Assembly (NCBI RefSeq): GCF_009914755.1
Contig: NC_060941.1
Origin: the human T2T-CHM13v2.0 reference genome, Homo sapiens
Direction: 5' to 3' (one strand)
DNA: 64,000 nucleotides
The notes under the pieces are model-generated. The model had not been told where the DNA came from, searched no databases, and saw nothing but the letters and a program-made list of their open reading frames with translations. Both the position numbers and the translations under genes were made by a program. Below are positions 53,443 to 64,000 of the stretch, in pieces (positions within the stretch are counted from its first letter, which is position 1; each line of letters begins with the position of its first letter).

Positions 53443-55713
53443 CTCTCCCTCTTCCTCTCCCCCTCCCTCTCCCCTCTCCCCTCTCCCCTCTTCCTCTCCC
53501 CTCTTCCCTCTCCCTCTCCCCACGGTCTCCCTGTCCCTCTCTTTCCACGGTCTCCCTCTGATGCCGAGCCGAAGCTGGACTGTACTGCTGCCATCTCGGC
53601 TCACTCCAACCTCCCTGCCTGATTCTCCTGCCTCAGCCTGCCGAGTGCCTGCGATTGCAGGCGCGCGCCGCCACGCCTGACTGGTTTTCATATTTTTTTG
53701 GTGGAGACGGGGTTTCGCTGTGTTGGCCAGGCTGGTCTCCAGCTCCTAACCGCGAGTGATCCGCCAGCCTTGGCCTCCCGAGGTGCCGGGATTGCAGACG
53801 GAGTCTGGTTCACTCAGTGCTCAATGGTGCCCAGGCTGGAGTGCAGTGGCGTGATCTCGGCTCGCTACAACCTCCACCTCCCAGCCGCCTGCCTTGGCCT
53901 CCCAAAGTACCGAGATTGCAGCCTCTGCCCGGCCACCACCCCATCTGGGAAGTGAGGAGCGTCTCTGCCTGGCCGCCCATCGTCTGGGACGTGAGGAGCC
54001 CCTCTGCCTGGCTGCCCAGTCTGGAAAGTGAGGAGCGTCTCTGCCCAGCGCCATCCCATCTAGGAAGTGAGGAGCGCCTCTTCCCGGCCGCCATCCCATC
54101 TAGGAAGTGAGGAGCGTCTCTGCCCGGCCTCCCATCGTCTGAGATGTGGGGAGCGCCTCTGCCCTGCCGCCCCGGCTGGGATGTGAGGAGCGCCTCTACC
54201 CGGCTGCGACCCCGTCTGGGAGGTGAGGAGCGTCTCTGCCCGGCCGCCCCGTCTGAGAGGAGACCCTCCGCCTGGCAACCGCCCCGTCTGAGAAGTGAGG
54301 AGCCCCTCCGCCCGGCAGCCACCCCGTCTGGGAAGTGAGGAGCGTCTCTGCCCGGCAGCCGCCCCGTCCGGGAGGTGAGGGGCGTCTCTGCCCCGCCACC
54401 CCTACTGGGAAGTGAGGAGCCCCTCTGCCCGGCCAGCCGCCCCGTCCGGGAGGGAGGTGGGGGGGGGGTCAGCCCCCCGCCCGGCCAGCCGCCCCATCCG
54501 GGAGGTGAGGGGCGCCTCTGCCCGGCCGCCCCTACTGGGAAGTGAGGAGCCCCTCTCCCGGCCAGCCGCCCCGCCTGGGAGGGAGGTGGGGGGGTCAGCC
54601 CCCCGCCCGGCCAGCCAACCCGTCCGGGAGGGAGGTGGCGGGGTCAGCCCCCCGCCCAGCCAGCCGACCCGTCCGGGAGGTGAGGGGCGCCTCTGCCCGG
54701 CCGCCCCTACTGGGAAGTGAGGAGCCCCTCTGCCCAGCCAGCCGCCTCGTCCGGGAAGGAGGTGGGGCGGTCAGCCCCCCGCCCGGCCAGCCGCCCCATC
54801 TGGGAGGGAGGTGGGGGGATCAGCCCCCCGCCCGGCCAGCAGCCCCATCCGGGAGGGAGGTGGGGGGGTCAGCCCCCCGCCCGGCTAGCCAACCCTTCCG
54901 GGAGGTGAGGGGCGCCTCTGCCCGGCCGCCCCTACTGGGAAGTGAGGAGCCCCTCTGCCCAGCCAGCTGCCTCATCCGGGAAGGAGGTGGGGGGGTCAGC
55001 CCCCCACCCGGCCAGCCGCCCCATCCGGGAGGGAGGTGGGGGGGTCAGCCCTCCGCCCGGCCAGCCGCCCCGTCCGGGAGGGAGGTGGGGGGATCAGCCC
55101 CCCGCCTGGCCAGCCGACCCGTCCGGGAGGTGAGGGGCGCCTCTGCCCAGCCGCCCCTACTGGGAAGTGAGGAGCCCGTCTGCCCGGCCACCACCCCGTC
55201 TGGGAGGTGTACCCAGCAGCTCATTGAGAACGGGCCATGATGACAATGGTGGTTTTGTGGAGTAGAAAGGGGGGAAAGGTGGGGAAAAGATTGAGAAATC
55301 GGATGGTTGCCGTGTCTGTGTAGAGAGAGGTAGACATGGGAGACTTTTCATTTTGCTCTGTACTAAGAAAAATTCTTATCCTGTTGATCTGTGACCTTAC
55401 CCCCAACCCTGTGCTCTCTGAAACATGTGCTGTGTCCACTCAGGGTTAAATGGATTAAGGGCGGTGCAAGATGTGCTTTGTTAAACAGATGCTTGAAGGC
55501 AGCATGCTCGTTAAGAGTCATCACCACTCCCTAATCTCAAGTACCCAGGGACACAAACACTGCGGAAGGCCGCAGGGTCCTCTGCCTAGGAAAACCAGAG
55601 ACCTTTGTTCACTTGTTTATCTGCTGACCTTCCCTCCACTATTGTCCTATGACCCTGCCAAATCCCCCTCTGCGAGAAACACCCAAGAATGAACAATAAA
55701 AAAAAAAAAAAAA
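53443..55713 (+). mobile_element. Full-length SVA retrotransposon
   Basis: CCCTCT hexamer head, antisense Alu-like region, GC-rich VNTR (about 53930-55200), SINE-R, AATAAA and poly(A). Confidence 0.97.
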
Positions 55714-55719
55714 ATTTCA

Positions 55720-56160
<441 letters not shown>

Positions 56161-56826
56161 TCACCACACAAACAACTCTTAATTGTCTACTTGGTGATGA
56201 GCCCAGATACCCGGAATCCATAGAAAATTCCTAACATGATTTTACCCAATAGTTTCTAATCTTTCATCAGACTGCTGAGGCAGCAGCAACAGTGTTGACA
56301 GACTGAGGTTTCATCATCCTGCCCTCCCCTGCTGCCTGTCTCTGCCCACCCTCTACCCCCGGGAAAGTGCTGGAGCAGAGGGAGGGTTCAGGGAGGCAAT
56401 ATTGAGAAGGAACATGCCAGCTGGGGGTCTGGATAATCCACAAACTGGATTATCTGTCCCTGACTTTGCATAGATGTAAGCAGGTGGCCTATATGTAGAC
56501 AGGATGTACTGGGATGAGCCATGGGCATCTGGTTAACGTGTGTGTGTATATGGGGGGGTGGTCCTACAATAAATTCCCCCACCTACTTATCTCCCATCCA
56601 GAGCATTAATTCAACCAATCACTCCTTCTTTCAATTAACCACATATAATATGAATAGTATTTAGCATTATTTACTGTAGTTTCATAGTGAGAGACTAGAA
56701 TTTTTTTTTTTTTTTTCAAGACGGAGTCTTGCTCTGTCGCCTAGGCTGGAGTGTAGTGGCGCGATCCAGGCTCACTACAACCTCTGCCTCCTGAGTTCAA
56801 GTGATTGTCCTGCCTCAGCCTCCTGA

Positions 56827-57030
<204 letters not shown>

Positions 57031-57479
57031 TGAAGGCTGACTAGGGGCTGACACAGCATCCTAGGCACTGGAGCTAAGGTGCAATTTGTACCCAAAGAAG
57101 TGTCTTAGATCTGGTTCCCTTGATGTGCAGACTGAGATGGGGATTTGGGCGGCACATGGTTTATTGTGAGGCAAACTCTCAGGAGAAGGGAGGAAAGGAA
57201 AGAGGGTGGGGCACAGAGTGGGGAAGCAAGGATGTGCTTCACAGCTGAGTCTGGTTTTGGCTTGATCCTGTGGGAAGCTCTGGGTGGACAACTGTATGAC
57301 AGAAAGGATCCCACCTGAGTCAGGGAGGCTAGTTTTTTATGTCCCTGTCAGTCAGCTAATTGGCTGCCCTCTAGGCCAAGGGCAAGTCCAGAGATGGAGA
57401 GCCATTGGCAGCCAAAACTCACAGTCAGCACCGGGAATCTGGGTGGAGCACCAAGGCATCCACTCAGGGAGTAGCCTGA

Positions 57480-57894
<415 letters not shown>

Positions 57895-58900
57895 TGAGAA
57901 TGTTTATCAGGTTGAAACCTTGAGTTTCTTCAAGAGGCTCCAGGAGGCTGTGGCTACTGAGTCATTCCTTGACCTCTTTCCTTGCCTATGGGTCATCTGA
58001 GCCCCACTGTTCCCTTAGGCAGAAAACTTTGATATCCTTGGGGACATCTGACCCTAACCCCTTCTCTTGCTCTTTCTCCTTTATTGGGTGTACCCATCCC
58101 ATCTCCTGTGGTGGAGAAAGGACAGTTCAAGAGAAATTCATTCTCAAGGCTTGACTCCTACTTAAACATCACAGGATACATTCCCTGGAAGGGGAAGGGT
58201 GCGTCTGTACTGGCTTCCTTAGAAACTTCAGAACAGAAAAGACGCCTCCTTTCCCTCCCCCTCCCCAATTCAAACAGGGGCTGGGAGAGAGGAAGAGATT
58301 ATTGTTTCAGGGGGTGGGGGGTGTGGATGGACTGAGTGCTGAAACTTCCTTTTCTTCTGGCACAGCTCTATTTGTAGAAGTGCCAGAGTCCTGGGGAGAA
58401 AAGCAAGAGAGGGAGAAAAAGAACATTATTTGAGGGCATTTGGCTGCTCTTTTACACTCGAGATCAAACAGAGAAAATCCAGCGTCATGCCCTCCCCATC
58501 TTTCTGTCCCTAGCATGTAGATGTCCTGTGGTGTGTCTCACAAATGCACATGCACATGCATGCGAACACACACACAAACACGCACACACACCCTCGCACT
58601 GTTGAAACCAGAGCTGCTGGCTCCAGGGAGGGGAGTGAAGAAGCAGCTGTGGACAGGTATGGGTGGCCACATACCTGCCCTTCTGGGAGGTGACACTTCC
58701 ATTACACCTCCACAGGTTTCATGTTGACCTCACCCTAGCTTTGGCCCAATGTTGTCAGGATGGGCAGAAGGATGGCAGAGCTCAGCTGGCCCAAAGCCAG
58801 CAAGCAAAGAGTTCTCAGCAGGCCCTTGAAGTGCCAGCAAATCAGTTCCCCCCAAGGACCAAATCTGGAGAAAACTCAGCTTAAAGCACAGCAGTAGCAC

Positions 58901-59007
58901 ACACTGGCTTCAGCAACACATATACTAAAATTGGAATGATACAGAGAGGATTAGTATGGCCCCTGCATAAGAATGATACGCAAATTGATGAAGCATTCCA
59001 TATTTTT
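58901..59007 (+). pseudogene. Full-length U6 snRNA retrocopy
   Basis: CTGGCTTCAGCAACACATATACTAAAATTGGAATGATACAGAGAGGATTAGTATGGCCCCTGC..GAAGCATTCCATATTTTT. Confidence 0.93.
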
Positions 59008-59633
59008 CAGTTTGTCAAGCATTTTATTCTTTTGAATAAAACCAACATGTCTATAACTTAACAAAAAAGCAGCATAGCAGCAGAGATTGGGCCTAGATCA
59101 CTAGGTGAACTTCAGTGATGGCTGAGAGAAGCACCCTGGAGACTTCTTGAGGGTTGGGGGAAGCCCCCATCTTCCCTGAGGGATTTTCGGAAGGCAGGGT
59201 GCAGGCCCAGGATAAAGTTCCGGGTCTGGATTGCAGAAAGTGACCCTGGCAGCCCAAAACCTTTGGCATTGCTGAATCAGAAGGGATTTTGACTGGCCTC
59301 ATGTCACCCCCAGTAGGCTGGGACTGGGGCTCTAATTGGCTGTAATTTGTTGATGAATGCAATTTGCAGCTGCCTTCTCTCTTTGTGACAGGCCTCAATT
59401 AGAGCCGCCAAAGGGATCTAGGGTGGGAGGGGGAGCTGGGATGTTGATTCCAACTCCTTCCCCTGGTCCGCTCTCAGCACTCTGCCCCATCCTGAAGCAA
59501 GAGGAGGTTCTTGAGGCTAGTTAATTGTCCCCCAGCTTGGCCGGGGAATGGTGGCTCACGCCTGTAATCCCAGCACTTTGGGAGGCCGAGGTGGGTGGAT
59601 CACGAGGTTAGGAGATTGAGACCATCCTGGCTA

Positions 59634-59973
<340 letters not shown>

Positions 59974-60065
59974 TTATTTATTTTAGAGCTTCTGAAAATT
60001 CTATAGAAAGGAAGACTTTTGAGCTAAAATGTTTATTTCTATCTTATAGTCCTTTCTCCCTCTTA

Positions 60066-60709
<644 letters not shown>

Positions 60710-61454
60710 TCAATGTGTAAAACACGACACAACTGATCCAGTTAAAGTGGAACTGGGGGCTCTGAGCCCCATTGGACTGGCCTCCTCCCTAAATCTTGCC
60801 TCTCCTACCCCTTGCCTTGGTGGCCTCCCTATGACAGCTATAAGGTTCAGTTAGATTGACCAACTCATCCCAGTTTGTCTGACTTTATTTATTTATATTT
60901 CTTCTGAGTGGCCAATGCAGCATACCAGTCCCAGCTGGCTCAATTTGTCTAGTTTTGGCACTGAAAGTCCTGCATCCTGAGAAATATCTGGAACCTGGGC
61001 AAACCAGGACAGTTTGTTGCCCTAGGTTCAACAGAGCATGGTTTGAAAACTAGTGATACAATCCCTCTGATCTACTGATGAAGATACTGAGCCCATAAGA
61101 GATGTGGTAGTTTGAAGTCCCATAGATAGATTATCATGCCCAGGAGTGACCTGCATTGGGGTGGTGAATATTGCTTCTCTGTCCCGTATCTCTGTGAGAA
61201 GTAAAACTGTCCATCGCCAAATCTCTCTTCTCCTTCAAGACCCCCTTTTATGAAGCCTTCCTTGGTTCTTCCAGAAAGAGTTGTGTTCTCTTTTCTAATT
61301 CTTCTTTTAGAGTACTTATCGGGTAGAGTTATTTTTAATCTTGGGTCTTTCCATTCAGACTGGAAGTTTCTTGGTTCCAAGTCCCATTTGTTTTCATATT
61401 CCTCAGCACCTAGTGCAGCGTCTGGCATAGAGTAGGCACTCAAAGATATTTTTA

Positions 61455-61595
61455 GATAGATGGATGGATGGATAGGTGGACAGTTGGATGGATTTGGAGG
61501 ATAGGTGGATGAAGAGATGGATGGATAGATGAATGGATGGGTTGGAGAATGGATAGATGGAATGGATGGGTAGAGAAAATGACGGATGCATGGAA
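61455..61595. repeat. Degenerate (TGGA)n microsatellite
   Basis: Seen directly. Confidence 0.85.
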
Positions 61596-62187
61596 GGCTT
61601 GGTGCCTTGTTGAAGAGAGTGGCATGAAACAATTAGGAAGTTTCTAGGCAAGTTCTTCTTGCATCATTTCCCCGCTACTATGGCCATTTTCCCTGAATTC
61701 GATTTTTGGAATATCTAATGTACGTACATTCAGATGCAAGGACCAAAACAACTTCCCAAGCCAATTAGAAGTCACTTAAATGTGTCATTTTTGGATTATT
61801 TGTGCCATTGCTTTCCTCTACAGAAAGTTATGGTTTAGCTACACAAATACAATATTTGATGAGAATACCTCAAATAGGCAGCTGATGGCAATGACGAAGA
61901 CTGTCTGAAAATAAAACAGCTTGAAAATATCTGACAGTGGAGAGTGTAGGAGGCAGGGACAGAGAGTAAGCCACTGGTGCAAATAGCGAGCAAGGCGATC
62001 AGGACTTGAGGACTGGAAAGGCAAGAATTATGAAAGGAGGATTCAAGACACACATTAGAAGGACTTCCCAATTATGTTTGGAAGCAAAACATTAGACTAA
62101 ATGATTATTTGTGATTTTTAAAAATTTTATTTTTGAGACAGGGTCTCATTATGTCGCCTATGCTGGAGTGCAGTGGTGTGATTATAG

Positions 62188-62687
<500 letters not shown>

Positions 62688-62889
62688 CTACTGCCTTGGT
62701 CTTCCAAGGTGCTGGTACTACAGGCATGAGCCAATGCACCCAGCCTATTCATGATTCTTGACCTACTCTCTCTCAAGTAAAATTTATTGAGCATCCATTC
62801 TGACCCATGTATCAGGCTAAGCACTTTCACTTGTATTATCTCAGCCCATCATGCCTGGGGACAGGAAGATGGAGTTCACACACTCTTGA

Positions 62890-63930
62890 TGTGCACATTT
62901 TTCTTAGACGATCTCCTCCACACCCGTGCTTTTAACCACAGAAGCTACTTTGACTCTCTGGTCCAGCTCTCCTCTTGCCCCACACCTTTCCTTTACCCTG
63001 CTGCTGACTCTCTCCCACTAGATGTCTGCAGATGCCTCCAACTGAAGGGACTCCACACAGGACTCATCTGTTTTCCCACTAAACCTTCTCCTCTGCCCAG
63101 ATTCCCCATCTCTACTCATGGCACTCTCACCTGACCCACTCAACACCCAAGTCAGAACATGGGCATCAGCTCCTTTTCCCTGCCTGTGCCCCCCATGCTG
63201 GTCACCATGTCCAGTAATTCTACTTCTTAAATGCCTCGCAGATCTGTGTTTTCCTTTTCCTTCCAATGGGAGCTGCCCTAAATTCAGGTCCTCACCATTT
63301 CTCACTGGGTTACTTCCCTAGCTTCCTTTTGCTCCCTTTCTCCCCCATCTCATATTCTGGGAATCCATTCTTTACTTAGTTGCCAGACTCATTTTCCAAA
63401 ATGCAAATCTGATCAGTCACACACCCTCCAAGCCTTTTGATGATACTCTAGCTGTTTTTAAAATAACATCCAAAATCCTTAGCTTCTCTGACAAGAGCCT
63501 TAACCCCTCACTCTGCCACACCAAATCCCAGTACTTGCTGGCCTATGCACTTTCATCCCCATGCCTTTTCACAGGCTACTTCTGCTGCCTAGGAATGCCT
63601 TTCCTCCCATTTATACCAATCTAATTCCTCCTCATTCCTCACGATTCAGTGTGTTAGATGTCACCTCCTCCAGGCAGACTCTCTGACTGCCCCTCTGCTC
63701 CTGAGTCTGAGTGAGCTCCCCCTCCTCTGGCCTCTCACTGTGTCCAGTGCTTGTCTCTTCTTTAGTACTGATTACGCTGTATTACAGTTGCCTGTTTCCT
63801 TGTGTGTCTCTCCCACTCAAATGTGAGATATTCCAGGACAGGTGTGCTGTCTTTCACATCTGCATTCCTTGCGCTGCATGTTTTGCCTGGCATGTAGTGT
63901 GCCCAGTAAATGTTTGTTGAGTGAATGTAT
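62890..63930 (+). mobile_element. Ancient L2 remnants
   Basis: L2-like motifs such as CAAATCTGATCA.TCAC and the 3' end AGTAAATGTTTGTTGAGTGAATG. Confidence 0.6.
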
Positions 63931-64000
63931 GGCTGGTAGTTCTCTATAATCTACGGGCCTTTGATCTCATTCTCTCTCATAGGACAGTCAATTCAGTACA

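Noticed and set aside
53698-55439. Multiple Pro/Gly/Arg-rich ORFs up to 232 aa
   Set aside because: They are translations of the SVA VNTR and Alu-like regions.
61072-61632. 186-aa minus-strand ORF
   Set aside because: It is driven by the (TGGA)n repeat and old repeat remnants.

Overview
Primate (very probably human, 17q21.31-type) genomic DNA, dense in Alu, LTR and L1 elements. The only credible protein-coding gene is ARL4D (CDS 43497-44102, +). The left half holds a minus-strand series of U2 snRNA-derived units at increasing divergence. These are a near-intact U2 copy (31003-31191) whose enhancer is displaced by Alus, a T-rich diverged U2 copy with PSE, DSE and 3' box (11686-11870), and three CpG-rich cassettes (391-1069, 4241-5134, 6588-7134). 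Cassettes 1 and 3 begin with a barely recognisable U2 head. All three carry degenerate ~90-bp tandem units, and cassette 2 adds ~70-bp units and keeps a complete Pol II snRNA-type promoter. The cassettes lie in a mosaic local duplication (offsets ~3850 and ~6065 bp). The window also contains an SVA with 5' and 3' transductions, two U6 retrocopies and a four-level nested insertion. All alignments, identities and repeat-family names were judged by eye or from memory, so they are approximate.
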